Shown: positions 1-10,477, counted from the first letter of the stretch. The stretch is 64,000 nucleotides of DNA from Candidatus Dormiibacterota bacterium (GCA_963708605.1 CAVPTG010000013.1:140748-204747), one strand, 5' to 3'. The notes: a model not told the origin generated them from the sequence alone. Program-made: numbers and translations.

Positions 1-216
1 GAGCACCGCGGGTGCATCCGCCAGTTGGGGCACCCACGCCGGGGAGACGAACGACGTCGCTTCTACACGCGGCACGCCGGCGTCGAGGAGGCCGCGGACG
101 AGCCGGATCTTCGCTTCGGTGCTGATTGTGTCGGCGATGTTCTGGAGGCCGTCGCGCGGAGCGACATCGGTCCAGAGCACGTCGTTCAACGCCGGATTCC
201 TCGGAGGGGTGGACAC
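1..216 (-). CDS. Hydroxymethylglutaryl-CoA lyase-like protein (pyruvate carboxyltransferase domain), 5' portion; gene continues beyond window start
   Basis: Minus-strand translation reads VSTPPRNPALNDVLWTDVAPRDGLQNIADTISTEAKIRLVRGLLDAGVPRVEATSFVSPAWVPQLADAPAVL, matching the N-terminal PRDGLQN / SFVSPKWVPQ motifs of HMG-CoA lyases. GTG start at 216 follows an in-frame stop; TTG at 189 is the alternative start. Confidence 0.55.
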   Translation of the reverse strand, partial: MSTPPRNPALNDVLWTDVAPRDGLQNIADTISTEAKIRLVRGLLDAGVPRVEATSFVSPAWVPQLADAPAVL

Positions 217-261
217 TGCCCGTCACCGTAGCAAACCCGAGGGCTACACTCTCGCCAGCCG

Positions 262-939
262 ATGCCGCGGTTCCGCGTTCCCGACTACATCCGAACCACC
301 TTCGCGGTCAGCGATTGGCGCGCTTTCCGGCTGTGCGGAATGGACGAGGTTGGTCGCGGCGCTTACGCGGGCCCACTCGTCGCCGCCGCGGTGGTGTTGC
401 CCCAGCGCTTCCGCCACCCCCTCCTCCGTGACAGCAAGCTGCTGACCGCAAAACAGCGCGAGACGGTCGGCGCCGTGCTCCGAGAGCGCGCGGTGGCGTG
501 GGCCGTTGCCGAGGTGAGCGTCGACGAGATCAACGCTCGCGGCCTGGGGTGGGCGAACATCGATATCTTCCGCAGGCTGGTCGAAGCCGTGGATGCGGAC
601 GGCTATTGTTGCGACGGCAACCTGCGGATCCCGGCGTCGCGTCCCCTCCACTCGCTCGTTGCCGGTGATCGCAAGGTGCCGGCGGTCTCGGCCGCGTCGA
701 TCATCGCCAAGGTGCATCGCGACGCGCTGATGACGCGAATGCACGATGAGGCCCCTCACTACAACTGGGCGAGCAACAAGGGATATGGGGCCCCCGAGCA
801 TCGCGCGGCGATCCGCGAATACGGCCCGCATCCCGCCCACCGGCGAGTGTTCCTTGCGTCCGTCATGCAGACGGAGCTGGACCTGACCGGGACTGTCGCT
901 CAGGGAGTGGTCGCGGTCCCCGTGGCCGGAGCCGGCTGA
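262..939 (+). CDS. rnhB: Ribonuclease HII
   Basis: GMDEVGRGAYAGPLVAAAV, DSK and SIIAKVHRD motifs are typical of RNase HII. True start may be internal, near 340 (MDEVGRG). Confidence 0.85.
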   Translation: MPRFRVPDYIRTTFAVSDWRAFRLCGMDEVGRGAYAGPLVAAAVVLPQRFRHPLLRDSKLLTAKQRETVGAVLRERAVAWAVAEVSVDEINARGLGWANIDIFRRLVEAVDADGYCCDGNLRIPASRPLHSLVAGDRKVPAVSAASIIAKVHRDALMTRMHDEAPHYNWASNKGYGAPEHRAAIREYGPHPAHRRVFLASVMQTELDLTGTVAQGVVAVPVAGAG

Positions 940-946
940 GCCTCGG

Positions 947-1180
947 TCAGTTGGCGCCGCAGCCGCAGGCGCCGCCGCCGCAACAACCACCGCCCCCGCC
1001 GCCAGTGGACGGCGACACTTCCGAGCCGGATCCGGCGTGGACCGCGACCCGGCTGATCAGCGGCATGCTCGCCCGGCTCTCGCAGCTCGGGCAGATGGCG
1101 GCCACTTCGCGATCGGCCATCGGGCGGAGCAGCTCGAACACGGCCGAGCAGTCGTTGCAGCGGTATTCGTAGAGAGGCAT
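947..1180 (-). CDS. FmdB-family zinc-ribbon regulatory protein with Gly/Cys-rich tail
   Basis: MPLYEYRCNDCSAVFELL...CPSCES shows the CxxC...CxxC pattern of the FmdB family. Internal ATG at 1180 chosen over the longer ORF. Confidence 0.7.
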   Translation of the reverse strand: MPLYEYRCNDCSAVFELLRPMADREVAAICPSCESRASMPLISRVAVHAGSGSEVSPSTGGGGGGCCGGGACGCGAN

Positions 1181-1246
1181 TGCGGCAAGCGTACTCACGA
1201 TCATGTCGACTTGACAAGTCGAACATCTGTTCGCTAGACTCGGTTC

Positions 1247-1561
1247 ATGCCAATTCGAACGATCGAGCTCCAGCTCCCGCTCGACGCCGATGAGGCCGGA
1301 TCGCTCGCACGCCGCCGAGTGAGCCATCTCGCCGCGGTCGACGGGCTCGAGCCCGCGGCGTTCGTGAAGCTGATTCGATCGTTCCCCTCTCTGGGCGCGA
1401 TCTACACGGCATCGGAGCCTGAGCTTGCCCGGCTCGTCGGGCCGGTGGCCGCGGCTCGCATCCGGTGGTTTCTCGACGCACCGCTGGACACCGCCCTCGC
1501 CCGCGAGGCATCCCCGATCAGCCTTCGCGATATCGCACCGCCGCTTTCCTCCGCCGCCTGA
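1247..1561 (+). CDS. Hypothetical protein
   Basis: ORF has a protein-like composition; no recognised family. Confidence 0.35.
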   Translation: MPIRTIELQLPLDADEAGSLARRRVSHLAAVDGLEPAAFVKLIRSFPSLGAIYTASEPELARLVGPVAAARIRWFLDAPLDTALAREASPISLRDIAPPLSSAA

Positions 1562-1722
1562 TCACCGCCCGCGCGACGCGTGCGCACGGTTACGTGCAGC
1601 GTTGAACCGTGCAACCAACGTAGAATCAATCCTTTGGCGCCAGTTCCATTGTGTGGCGCCATACATGGCAGGTGAGAACGGAGGTTTGTTGCAGCATGCG
1701 GAGTTGACGTTCCAGAGCTGCC

Positions 1723-2319
1723 GTGCTTGACCGCGGTCGTGCGGCGGATACGATCAGTGACTTGGCGGATCATGCGGTCACGCTCGCGCGGGGCGCGGGG
1801 AGCGCAGCGCTCCCGACGGTTCAGCGCGGGGCTGAAGGCTTGAGCCAGGTATTGCAGACTGCCGCCACCACACTAGCGGAGACTGCCGAGACCATTGCAT
1901 CGGACAGCAGGGTCAGCGCCGCGGGTAACGCCGCGCGTGAGCGGATCGCCGACGCGTCGGACAAGCTGAGCACCGCCATCCGTCCGCGAAAGAGGACGCA
2001 TCGCGTCCGCAACCTCCTGATCGGAGCAGCAGTCGTGGGCGGCATCATCGCGCTCGTCCAGTCGCCGATCCGAGGCAAGATCCAGGAGCGCCTCTTCGGA
2101 CCGCCACCGTCTGACGACGACGATCTTCCGCAGATCACCCTGCCGGACGACGACCGTCACGTCGAGATCACCGATCTGACCAGGGCCGCGAAGACCGATG
2201 CCGATCCCGCCACCGATGTGGTCGGCACCCCGGTGGTGGCCGAGCCGGCGCCCCAGAGCGGCCGGAGCCACGGCCATAACCACGACGAACCCACAGACAA
2301 CCAGGAGACCAATGCCTGA
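1723..2319 (+). CDS. Hypothetical membrane protein (one predicted TM helix)
   Basis: Hydrophobic segment LLIGAAVVGGIIALV. Stop overlaps the start of the next gene (ATGCCTGA). Confidence 0.4.
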   Translation: MLDRGRAADTISDLADHAVTLARGAGSAALPTVQRGAEGLSQVLQTAATTLAETAETIASDSRVSAAGNAARERIADASDKLSTAIRPRKRTHRVRNLLIGAAVVGGIIALVQSPIRGKIQERLFGPPPSDDDDLPQITLPDDDRHVEITDLTRAAKTDADPATDVVGTPVVAEPAPQSGRSHGHNHDEPTDNQETNA

Positions 2320-2941
2320 CGACCGCCCCTATCAGGGACGCCCCTCTTCGGACCGTCCCTCGTTCTCCGGCCCCCGGCAGTTCTCGGGCCCTCGACCGAG
2401 TTTCAACAACAACGATTCGCGGAACGACTCGCGGCCGCCGTTCCGCCCGGCGCCGAGAGTGGAAGTACCTGCGGCGCCGATGTCGCACTCGCTGCGCCTT
2501 CGTGACGGCGACCGCGAGATCGAGGTGAGTGGCTCGGCAGCCTTCGTGCGCCAGGTTCTCGATGACCTTCCTGCGATGTGGACCCGCCTGCATGGCGAGG
2601 GCTCGACCCGGCCTGCCCGGATCGATCTTCCTGCCCACGCCGACGCACCCGCACCGGCTGTTGCCGAGCACGTGAACCGTGTTCCCGAGAGCGCGCCCGA
2701 GCCCGCCCGGACAGTGGCACCGGCAGTGGCCTCCAACGGCAAGCACACCACCACCCGCAGCACCCCCGACGACAAGGTGCTCGCGGTCCTCAAGGAATCA
2801 ACGCGACCCCTCGCGGTAGCGGCGATCCGCAAGCGCCTCGGCGGCAGCTTCACGCCCCAGCAGGTCCGGCGCATCCTCGAGCGCAATGCCCCGAAGGTCA
2901 CCGTCACCGACGAGCGGCCGGCGACCTACCGGCTCCGCTGA
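2312..2941 (+). CDS. Hypothetical protein with C-terminal winged-helix-like segment
   Basis: ATG at 2312 overlaps the upstream stop, suggesting translational coupling. Pro/Ser-rich N-terminus; C-terminus KVLAVLKESTRPLAVAAIRKRLG...QVRRILE is HTH-like. Confidence 0.45.
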   Translation: MPDDRPYQGRPSSDRPSFSGPRQFSGPRPSFNNNDSRNDSRPPFRPAPRVEVPAAPMSHSLRLRDGDREIEVSGSAAFVRQVLDDLPAMWTRLHGEGSTRPARIDLPAHADAPAPAVAEHVNRVPESAPEPARTVAPAVASNGKHTTTRSTPDDKVLAVLKESTRPLAVAAIRKRLGGSFTPQQVRRILERNAPKVTVTDERPATYRLR

Positions 2942-3096
2942 CCGTCGCCGCCATCTGAGCCGGATTCAGCAAGGCGTAGCAAGCACCCTCTGTGGACTGG
3001 CGGCAGGGGGCCGCCCTACACCCGTTGAGCCATTCTCTCTTCTGAATCCTGTCGGGTGGCGTTGCGCATAATGGGGCGGGCAGGGAACTCCTCACT

Positions 3097-3555
3097 ATGC
3101 GACGTCCATTCCTCGTCCTCCTGACCTCGCTGCTCGTCGTCCTGACGGCATGTTCGTCTGCAACGGCTGACGGGCCTTCGGGCACGCCGGCTCCGACGCC
3201 GTACCCGACACCCGTAGGCGGGCTCGGCCACCGTCCCGCCACGCCGGTGAAGATTGAGCTGCTTTCCCCTACCTCGGGGGAGGTCGTGCACGGGACCACG
3301 CTGGTTGTGAGGGTATCTATCACCGGCGGCACTATCACCACGGTGACCACCGGCGACATCACGCCCACCAAGGGTCACGTCCATCTGTACCTCAACAACC
3401 AGCTGATCTACATGAGCTACACGCTGTCGCAGCCGATCACCGTGAAACCGGGGCTTCCATACTCGATGTACGCGGAGTTCGTCGCCCAGGACCACTTCCC
3501 CTTCTCGCCTCGGGATGTCACACCGACGGTGTTCTTCACCGTCGCTCCGGCCTGA
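3097..3555 (+). CDS. Lipoprotein (signal peptide + LTAC lipobox), DUF4399-like GHxHL domain
   Basis: MRRPFLVLLTSLLVVLTAC lipobox; KGHVHLYLNNQ motif. Paralogous to the next gene. Confidence 0.6.
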   Translation: MRRPFLVLLTSLLVVLTACSSATADGPSGTPAPTPYPTPVGGLGHRPATPVKIELLSPTSGEVVHGTTLVVRVSITGGTITTVTTGDITPTKGHVHLYLNNQLIYMSYTLSQPITVKPGLPYSMYAEFVAQDHFPFSPRDVTPTVFFTVAPA

Positions 3556-3566
3556 CCCGAGAGAGC

Positions 3567-4082
3567 TTGATCGCGCACATCGTCAGCGGACTCCCACTGC
3601 CGCTGCAGTGGGGTCTGGCGCTCCTGATCTTTGGTGGCGGCCTCCTGGTCTTCGCAGTCCGGCGGGCCGCCCTGCGGATCGCAGGAGCGGTGGCGGCTCT
3701 CTGTGGCGCGGGCGGCCTCCTGGCCAGCTGGGTATTCAGCCCGGCACTGCTGGTGGCGGCGCCGTACTCTGTGCGCATCGTGTCGCCCACTCCCGGGGCC
3801 GCTGTCGGCGCGCCGCTCACGCTCACCGTGTGCGGGGTCGAGGCGTCCGGCAGGCTCGTGCCGGCGACGTCCTCACAGTTCTACCTCGCCGTGATCATCG
3901 ACGGCGTCCAGGAACCGACGGTCGACGTCTGGCACGTGCCGGTCGATCTCTCGCCGGGACGGCACGCCATCCAGGTCGAGCTCGTCAGCCCGAGCCACCA
4001 GTCGTTCAATCCACCCGCGACCTTCACGGAGACGATCACGGTCGCCGCAGGCGCGGCGCCGGCCGCTCCGGGGAGCTGTTGA
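3567..4082 (+). CDS. Membrane-anchored paralogue of the upstream lipoprotein
   Basis: N-terminal TM helices followed by a domain alignable to the 3097-3555 product (VxIxSPxxGxxV...GxHxIxxEL). Confidence 0.55.
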   Translation: MIAHIVSGLPLPLQWGLALLIFGGGLLVFAVRRAALRIAGAVAALCGAGGLLASWVFSPALLVAAPYSVRIVSPTPGAAVGAPLTLTVCGVEASGRLVPATSSQFYLAVIIDGVQEPTVDVWHVPVDLSPGRHAIQVELVSPSHQSFNPPATFTETITVAAGAAPAAPGSC

Positions 4083-4780
4083 GCGACGAGCGCAGGGCCC
4101 GCATCCTTGTCGTCGAGGACGACTCGGCGCTGCGCGAAGTCCTTGCCGGCGCGCTCGACTCTGCCGGTTACGAGACCTCGGTCGCTGCCCATGGGATCAC
4201 CGCGTCGCAGATGCTTCGGGACCCGGAGGCCATCGACATCGTCCTGCTCGATATCGGCCTGCCCTTCGTTGATGGCTGGCAGATCCTCGAGCACCTGGAC
4301 AATCACCAGCGCCCAGCGGTCATCGTCATCAGCGCTCGAGGTGAGGAGACCGACAAGGTTCGGGCCCTCGACCTGGGTGCCGACGACTACCTGGCCAAGC
4401 CTTTCGGCGCCGAGGAGCTGCTGGCTCGCGTGCGTGCGGTTCTCCGGCGCGTCAGGCCACCCGTTGGCGCCGGTGGCGTCGTCGTGCGGGGCAACGTCCG
4501 GGTCGACCTCGGCGCCCGGTCGGTCACGCGCGGCACCGTGGAGGTACGGCTTTCGCCGACCGAATGGCTGCTGCTCGCCGAGCTGGCCCGGAACGCCGGC
4601 GCCACGCTCGACCACCGCACCCTGCTTCAGCGCGTGTGGGGACCGCAGTATGCGGACGAGCGCAACTATCTGCGGACTTTCGCGCAGCGCCTGCGGGTCA
4701 AGCTCGAGGACGACCCGGCACACCCCGACATCGTGGTGACGGTGGGACGCCAGGGGTACCGATTCGGGCCACCTCGTTGA
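4079..4780 (+). CDS. kdpE: OmpR-family response regulator, KdpE-like
   Basis: RILVVEDD receiver domain and a C-terminal winged helix (NYLRTFAQRLRVKLEDDPAHPDIVVTVGRQGYRF) closely resembling KdpE. TTG at 4079 lies 5 nt after GGGAG and overlaps the upstream stop (TTGA). The longer 3515..4780 ORF was rejected. Confidence 0.8.
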   Translation: MSDERRARILVVEDDSALREVLAGALDSAGYETSVAAHGITASQMLRDPEAIDIVLLDIGLPFVDGWQILEHLDNHQRPAVIVISARGEETDKVRALDLGADDYLAKPFGAEELLARVRAVLRRVRPPVGAGGVVVRGNVRVDLGARSVTRGTVEVRLSPTEWLLLAELARNAGATLDHRTLLQRVWGPQYADERNYLRTFAQRLRVKLEDDPAHPDIVVTVGRQGYRFGPPR

Positions 4781-4807
4781 TGCTTCGTTGACGGCATCGT
4801 CGAGAAG

Positions 4808-5605
4808 ATGTGCGCTGCGATGGCGTCGAATCTGAGCAGCCGCCGGGCGATTGTCTCCGGTCTCCGGCCGGTGGTGGTGTTCGTCGCTGCGGTGGTCGTG
4901 CCCGTCGTACTCGCGCTGGCACTCATCCCGTTTCGCAGCCAGGAGCCGGCTGCGACGGTTGCGCTCGGATTCGCCGTCGTGGTGTCGTTGCTTGCCGCCA
5001 CCGGGACACGCGGCTCAGCGCTTATTGCGGCCGTGTCGGCGGCACTCTGCTACGACATCGGTTTCACCCAGCCGTATGGGTCGCTGACGATCTCGCACCC
5101 GCAGGACATCGAGACGACCGTCCTTCTGCTCGTCGGCGGCCTCATCGTCGGTCAGCTCGCGGCTCGAAATCGCTCGCATCGCAGCCTCGCCGTGCAACAG
5201 CGCGAGGACCTCTCGCACGTCCAGGCAATCGCGGAGCTCATGGCCGCCGGCGCCGGGCCTGACGAGGTTGTCGAAGCCGTGGCCGACGAGCTGCGCAGCC
5301 TGCTCGGCCTGCGCGAGTGCTGGTTCGACACGTCGCGTCCGGAACGGCCGGGCCCAACGATCGACCGCAACGGCAACGTGAGCTGGGGGCGGACCTGGTG
5401 GGGGGTTGACACGCTCGGACTCCCCGGCAAGGAGATCACCATCGAGGTCGAGCACGATGTCCGTCGCCTCGGCCGCTATGTTCTGGTTGCTGAGGCCGGC
5501 ACCAAGGTGCGGCGCGATCAGCTGCTCGCCGCCGTGACGCTGGCCGACCAGGCCGGAGCCGCGCTGGGTTCCGGTCCCACACCGGTAGCGCTCGCGCATC
5601 GCTGA
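4808..5605 (+). CDS. KdpD-type transmembrane domain (DUF4118) plus GAF-like domain protein; no kinase domain
   Basis: Four TM helices with conserved YDIGFTQPYGSL, as in the KdpD membrane module, followed by a ~130-aa GAF-like region. Confidence 0.6.
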   Translation: MCAAMASNLSSRRAIVSGLRPVVVFVAAVVVPVVLALALIPFRSQEPAATVALGFAVVVSLLAATGTRGSALIAAVSAALCYDIGFTQPYGSLTISHPQDIETTVLLLVGGLIVGQLAARNRSHRSLAVQQREDLSHVQAIAELMAAGAGPDEVVEAVADELRSLLGLRECWFDTSRPERPGPTIDRNGNVSWGRTWWGVDTLGLPGKEITIEVEHDVRRLGRYVLVAEAGTKVRRDQLLAAVTLADQAGAALGSGPTPVALAHR

Positions 5606-5921
5606 GCGCACCCGTCGAAATCATGCAGTCGACGGTCGGCAAGGCAGCCCAAATCCATCGCGGAGACGGCGCGCGAATGTCACGCAGATCTCAGGTTCGG
5701 TGACCTCTGACTCGACCGACCTTGGGTGTCCACGGGGAATCGTGTGCCCAAGATGCGTCGTCCTACAGCCAGGCGTCGGGCGGCACGGCGTTGACGTTGC
5801 GTTGACTCTGACTACCGGAGACTGCGAACAGTGATGCCGCCTGAACTACTGGTTCTTCTCTGTTTCTTGGGGATGTTGGTCGCGAGCATCCTCATGGTCG
5901 CCGGACTCCGGAGGATCTGAG

Positions 5922-6017
5922 GTGGGCAGCCTCACCGGCTACATCGTCGCCGCGATCATCGCGTTCATCGCGGCGACCTATCTGCTCATCGCGCTGGTCG
6001 CTCCGGAGCGCTTCTGA
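5922..6017 (+). CDS. kdpF: K+-transporting ATPase subunit F
   Basis: 31-aa hydrophobic peptide VGSLTGYIVAAIIAFIAATYLLIALVAPERF with the ...PExF ending of KdpF. GGAGG lies 7 nt upstream of the GTG start; TGATG overlap with kdpA. Confidence 0.6.
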   Translation: MGSLTGYIVAAIIAFIAATYLLIALVAPERF

Positions 6018-7741
6018 TGGTCCTCGACATCATCGCCGTTGTGATCACCTATGCCGCTGTGGGGGTCGGCGCGTGGTTCCTTGGCAGCTACATGGTCAAG
6101 GTGTACAAGGGCGAGCGTGTCTGGCTGAGCCGCGTGCTCCGACCGGTCGAAAGGATCACCTACAAGATCATCGGCGTCGACGAGGAGCGCGAGCAGGGAT
6201 GGATCGCTTACACGGTGTCGATCCTTGCGGTCGCGCTGGTGAGCACCACGTTCACCTACCTGGTGCTGCGTTTCCAGGACCATCTTCCCCTCAACCCGCA
6301 ACATCTACCCGGCGTCCCGGCACCGCTCGCGTTCAACACGGCGATCAGCTTTGCCACCAACACCAACTGGCAGAACTACACCGGCGAGACCACGATGAGC
6401 TACTTCTCGCAGATGGTCGCTCTCGTGCTGCACAACTTCTTGAGCGCCGCGATGGGCATGGCGGTCGCCATCGTGGTCATCCGGGCGATCGCGCGACGCA
6501 CCATGAGCACGCTCGGCAACTTCTGGGTCGACACGGTGCGCGGCACCCTCTATGTGCTGCTGCCGATCAGCGTTGTCATCGCCGTGATCCTGGTCGCAAA
6601 TGGCGCCATTCAGAACTTCAGCGGCTACTCGGTCGTGCACACACTCACAAACGGGATTCAGACAATCGCTCAGGGGCCGGTTGCGTCGCAGGAGGCGATC
6701 AAGGACCTCGGCACCAACGGTGGCGGCTTCTTCAACGCCAACGCCGCCCACCCATTCGAGAACCCCAACGGCTTCACCAATGCGCTCGAGATCTTCGCGT
6801 GCCTGTTGATTCCCTTCAGCCTCGCGATCACCTTCGGAAGGTGGGTGGGACACGTCAAGCAGGGGATCGCGTTGGGTGCGGTCATGGGGATCATCCTGAT
6901 CAGCGCATGTGGCGTCGCCGCCTGGCAGGAGCAGCAGGGCAACCCCGCACTGGTCGGGACCGGCGCGACGCAGGTCGCCTCCGCCCAGTCCGCAGGCGGG
7001 AACATGGAGGGCAAGGAAGTTCGTTTCGGGCCCATCCAGAGCGCGCAGTACAACACCGCCACGACTGGCACCAGCACCGGCTCTGTCGACGCGTCCCAGG
7101 ACAGCTTCACGGCGTTAGGCGGCCTTATCCCGCTCGTGCTCATCAAGCTCGGCGAGATCACGCCCGGAGGTGTCGGCTCCGGCCTTTACGGGATGGTGGT
7201 CTTCGCGATCGTCGCGGTGTTCATCGCCGGTCTGATGGTCGGCCGAACGCCGGAATACGTGGGCAAGAAGATCGAGGCGCGCGATGTCAAATACGCAGCC
7301 ATTGCCATCCTCGTCCTGCCCGCATCGATCCTCGGATTCTCCGCCATCGCCGTGCTCACAGCGGGAGGGCAGGCTGGGCCGATCGCGACGCAGGGGACGC
7401 CGCACCAGCTCACTGAGATCCTGTATGCGTTCGCCTCAACGACGGGCAACAATGGCAGCGCGTTCGCGGGTCTGACGGGGAACACGCTCTACTACAACCT
7501 GATGCTGGCCGGCGCCATGTGGCTGGGGCGGTTCCTGTTCATCATCCCGGTGATGGCGATGGCGGGCAATCTCGTCAAGAAGAAGATCGTCCCGGCCAGC
7601 GCAGGCACCTTTCCCACCGACGGACTGCTCTTCGTTGCGCTCCTGGTTGGAACCATCCTCGTTGTCGCCGCACTGACGTTCTTCCCGGCAGTCTCGCTCG
7701 GACCCATCCTCGAGCACTTCAAGCTCATTGCGGTGCATTGA
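6017..7741 (+). CDS. kdpA: Potassium-transporting ATPase subunit A
   Basis: 574-aa polytopic protein with full-length KdpA similarity; located at the head of kdpABC. Confidence 0.95.
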   Translation: MVLDIIAVVITYAAVGVGAWFLGSYMVKVYKGERVWLSRVLRPVERITYKIIGVDEEREQGWIAYTVSILAVALVSTTFTYLVLRFQDHLPLNPQHLPGVPAPLAFNTAISFATNTNWQNYTGETTMSYFSQMVALVLHNFLSAAMGMAVAIVVIRAIARRTMSTLGNFWVDTVRGTLYVLLPISVVIAVILVANGAIQNFSGYSVVHTLTNGIQTIAQGPVASQEAIKDLGTNGGGFFNANAAHPFENPNGFTNALEIFACLLIPFSLAITFGRWVGHVKQGIALGAVMGIILISACGVAAWQEQQGNPALVGTGATQVASAQSAGGNMEGKEVRFGPIQSAQYNTATTGTSTGSVDASQDSFTALGGLIPLVLIKLGEITPGGVGSGLYGMVVFAIVAVFIAGLMVGRTPEYVGKKIEARDVKYAAIAILVLPASILGFSAIAVLTAGGQAGPIATQGTPHQLTEILYAFASTTGNNGSAFAGLTGNTLYYNLMLAGAMWLGRFLFIIPVMAMAGNLVKKKIVPASAGTFPTDGLLFVALLVGTILVVAALTFFPAVSLGPILEHFKLIAVH

Positions 7742-7742
7742 G

Positions 7743-9818
7743 ATGGCCTTGGCAGCCGCTCACCATCCCCGACGCCGCCGCAGCAGCGTCACCGACCCGG
7801 CGTTGCTCTTCCCCGCGATCGCGCAGAGCTTCGTGAAGCTGGACCCACGCGTGATGGTGCGCAACCCGGTGATGTTCGTCGTCGAGATCGGCGCGGTGAT
7901 GACCACATACGTCTTCATCGCGGACATCGTGGGGAGCGCCGTCGACACCAGCTTCGTCGGGCAGATCGCTCTCTGGCTCTGGTTCACGGTGCTCTTCGCA
8001 AACTTTGCCGAGGCGATCGCCGAGGGCCGCGGCAAGGCGCAGGCACAGGCGCTGCGCCGCACACGCACGGAGACGATCGCCCGTAAGCTGCAGGGCGGCG
8101 TCGGCGGCAAGGAAACTCCGACCCCCGCCCCCGACCTGCGCAAGGGCGACATCGTCGTCTGCGAGGCAGGCGACGTCATACCGAGTGACGGCACGATCAT
8201 CGAGGGGATCGCGAGCGTCGACGAGTCCGCGATCACCGGTGAATCTGCACCGGTCATTCGTGAGGCCGGCGGCGACCGCAGCGCCGTCACCGGCGGGACG
8301 CGTGTGCTCAGCGACCGCATCGTCATTGAAATCACGCAGAACCCGGGCGAGACCTTCCTCGACCGCATGATCTCGCTTGTGGAGAGCGCCTCGCGGCAGA
8401 AGACTCCCAACGAGATCGCGCTCAACATTCTGCTGGCGAGCCTGACCCTGATCTTCCTGATCGCTGTGGTCACGCTGCAGCCGTACGCCGTCTTCTCGGG
8501 CGCGTCCATCGAGGTCACCGTGCTCGTCGCGCTTCTCGTCTGCCTCATCCCGACGACGATTGGCGGTCTGCTCAGCGCGATCGGCATCGCCGGAATCGAC
8601 CGCCTGCTCCAGAAGAACGTCCTTGCCATGTCCGGCCGCGCCGTCGAAGCGGCCGGCGACGTCGACACCCTGCTGCTCGACAAGACCGGCACGATCACGC
8701 TGGGCAATCGCCAGGCCACGGAGTTCCTGCCGGCACCCGGTGTGACCATGGAGCACCTGGTCCGCGCCGCCGACCTGGCGAGCCGCGCCGATGAGACCCC
8801 AGAGGGACGCTCGATCGTGGCCCTGGCCCGGCGGTTCGGCGCGCCGGAGGCCGAGGGCGATACCGTCTGGACCTTCGTGCCCTTCACGGCAGAAACGCGC
8901 ATGAGTGGTGTCGACAATGCCACGGGCAGCATCCGCAAGGGTGCGGGCGATGCCGTCGCGAAGTGGTGTGCCCAGGGCAAAGCCGATGATGGTGCCGTGC
9001 CCCAGGGCGTGACGGAGCAGGTCGAGGTCATCGCACGCAGTGGCGGCACGCCGCTGCTCGTGGCGCAGAACCACGTCATCCTCGGCACCATTCACCTGAA
9101 GGACATCGTCAAACCGGGGATAGCGGAACGGTTCGCCGAGCTGCGTCGGATGGGCCTGCGCACCGTGATGATCACGGGAGACAACCCGCTCACCGCTGCC
9201 GCCATCGCCGCCGAAGCCGGTGTCGACGACTTCCTGGCCGAGGCGACGCCGGAGAACAAGCTCGACCTCATCCGTCAGGAACAGGCGGGAGGGAAGCTCG
9301 TTGCAATGACCGGCGACGGAACCAACGACGCCCCCGCGCTTGCGCAGGCAGACGTCGGCGTTGCAATGAATAGTGGAACGCAGGCGGCCAAGGAAGCCGG
9401 CAATCTTGTCGACCTGGATAGCGACCCGACCAAGCTGATCGAGATCGTCGAGACGGGCAAGCAGATGCTCATCACGCGCGGTGCGCTGACCACCTTCAGC
9501 ATCGCCAACGACGTCGCCAAGTACTTCGCGATCATCCCGGCGATGTTCACCGCCTACGTGGCGCTCAAGCCGCTCGCGGTGCTGAACGTCATGCACCTGC
9601 AGTCGGCGCATAGCGCCATCCTGAGCGCGGTCATCTTCAACGCCCTCATCATCATCGCGCTCGTTCCACTCGCGTTGCGCGGCGTGCGCTTCCGGGCCGT
9701 CGGCGCCAGCTCCCTGCTGCGCCGCAACTTGCTCATCTACGGTGTCGGCGGCGTCATCGCGCCCTTCATCGGAATCAAGGTCATCGACGTGATCATCAAC
9801 GCGGTACACCTGGTCTAA
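7743..9818 (+). CDS. kdpB: Potassium-transporting ATPase subunit B (P-type ATPase)
   Basis: DKTGTIT phosphorylation motif, TGDNP and [10 protein letters not shown] motifs. ATG at 7743 lies 2 nt after the kdpA stop. Confidence 0.95.
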   Translation: MALAAAHHPRRRRSSVTDPALLFPAIAQSFVKLDPRVMVRNPVMFVVEIGAVMTTYVFIADIVGSAVDTSFVGQIALWLWFTVLFANFAEAIAEGRGKAQAQALRRTRTETIARKLQGGVGGKETPTPAPDLRKGDIVVCEAGDVIPSDGTIIEGIASVDESAITGESAPVIREAGGDRSAVTGGTRVLSDRIVIEITQNPGETFLDRMISLVESASRQKTPNEIALNILLASLTLIFLIAVVTLQPYAVFSGASIEVTVLVALLVCLIPTTIGGLLSAIGIAGIDRLLQKNVLAMSGRAVEAAGDVDTLLLDKTGTITLGNRQATEFLPAPGVTMEHLVRAADLASRADETPEGRSIVALARRFGAPEAEGDTVWTFVPFTAETRMSGVDNATGSIRKGAGDAVAKWCAQGKADDGAVPQGVTEQVEVIARSGGTPLLVAQNHVILGTIHLKDIVKPGIAERFAELRRMGLRTVMITGDNPLTAAAIAAEAGVDDFLAEATPENKLDLIRQEQAGGKLVAMTGDGTNDAPALAQADVGVAMNSGTQAAKEAGNLVDLDSDPTKLIEIVETGKQMLITRGALTTFSIANDVAKYFAIIPAMFTAYVALKPLAVLNVMHLQSAHSAILSAVIFNALIIIALVPLALRGVRFRAVGASSLLRRNLLIYGVGGVIAPFIGIKVIDVIINAVHLV

Positions 9819-9823
9819 GTGTC

Positions 9824-10477
9824 ATGAATCCACGTAGCTGGCCCAAGGAGCTTCTCATCAGCCTCCGTCTCACGGTGGCTCTCGCCGCCATGGTGATCGT
9901 GTACACCTTCGTCATCACAGGAATCTCGCAGGTCGCTTTCAACAGCAACGCCAACGGCAGCCTGGTAACGATCGGAGGCAAGGCGGTCGGATCCACGATG
10001 ATCGGTCAGAGTTGCCCGCATGAGACCGTCGCCAAGGACGGGAGCCTCAAGATCACCATCGACACGAAGTACTTTCAGGGACGGCTCTCGTACACGACGA
10101 ATGCCAACACAGGGGCGCTGGAGCCGTGTAACGCCGCGAGCTCTGCGGGAAGCAACTACGGTCCCTCCAACTCGCTCCTGTTGGAGAATACCAGGGCCGC
10201 TGTGGCCGCGTACACGGCGGCCGGGGTGTCCACGCCTATCCCGATCGACCTGGTCACCTCAGACTTCACCGGCTTCGACCCGAACATCAGTGAGGCCGCC
10301 GCGCTCGCCCAGGTCAACATGGTCGCCGGCGCCCGGGGCTTCAGCCCCACCAAGCTGCACGCGCTCGTCGAATCCCATGTGCAGGGCCGCATTCTCTGGG
10401 TGTTTGGCGAGCCGGTCATCAATGTCCTGCAGCTCAACCTCGCCCTCGACGCGCAGCAGTCCACCCTCGCCGGCTGA
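9824..10477 (+). CDS. kdpC: Potassium-transporting ATPase subunit C
   Basis: N-terminal TM helix and KdpC-family sequence; sits between kdpB and the sensor genes. Confidence 0.9.
   Translation: MNPRSWPKELLISLRLTVALAAMVIVYTFVITGISQVAFNSNANGSLVTIGGKAVGSTMIGQSCPHETVAKDGSLKITIDTKYFQGRLSYTTNANTGALEPCNAASSAGSNYGPSNSLLLENTRAAVAAYTAAGVSTPIPIDLVTSDFTGFDPNISEAAALAQVNMVAGARGFSPTKLHALVESHVQGRILWVFGEPVINVLQLNLALDAQQSTLAG

Noticed and set aside
244-990. 248-aa minus-strand ORF
   Set aside because: Antisense to the clearly conserved rnhB; R/G/A-rich, low-complexity translation.
3515-4780. 421-aa ORF extending the response regulator upstream
   Set aside because: The first ~185 aa are Arg/Gly/Pro-rich, typical of out-of-frame high-GC translation, and overlap two better genes in other frames. 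The receiver domain starts at TTG 4079, coupled to the upstream stop.
5834-5920. Calling the 28-codon hydrophobic ORF as a second kdpF
   Set aside because: Weak RBS, and it lacks the KdpF ...PExF ending. Kept only as an observation in the leader finding.
6073-7416. 447-aa alternative-frame ORF inside kdpA
   Set aside because: Arg/His/Gly-rich nonsense translation overlapping a full-length KdpA.
7725-9809. 694-aa minus-strand ORF
   Set aside because: Antisense to kdpB; composition typical of shadow ORFs in high-GC DNA.
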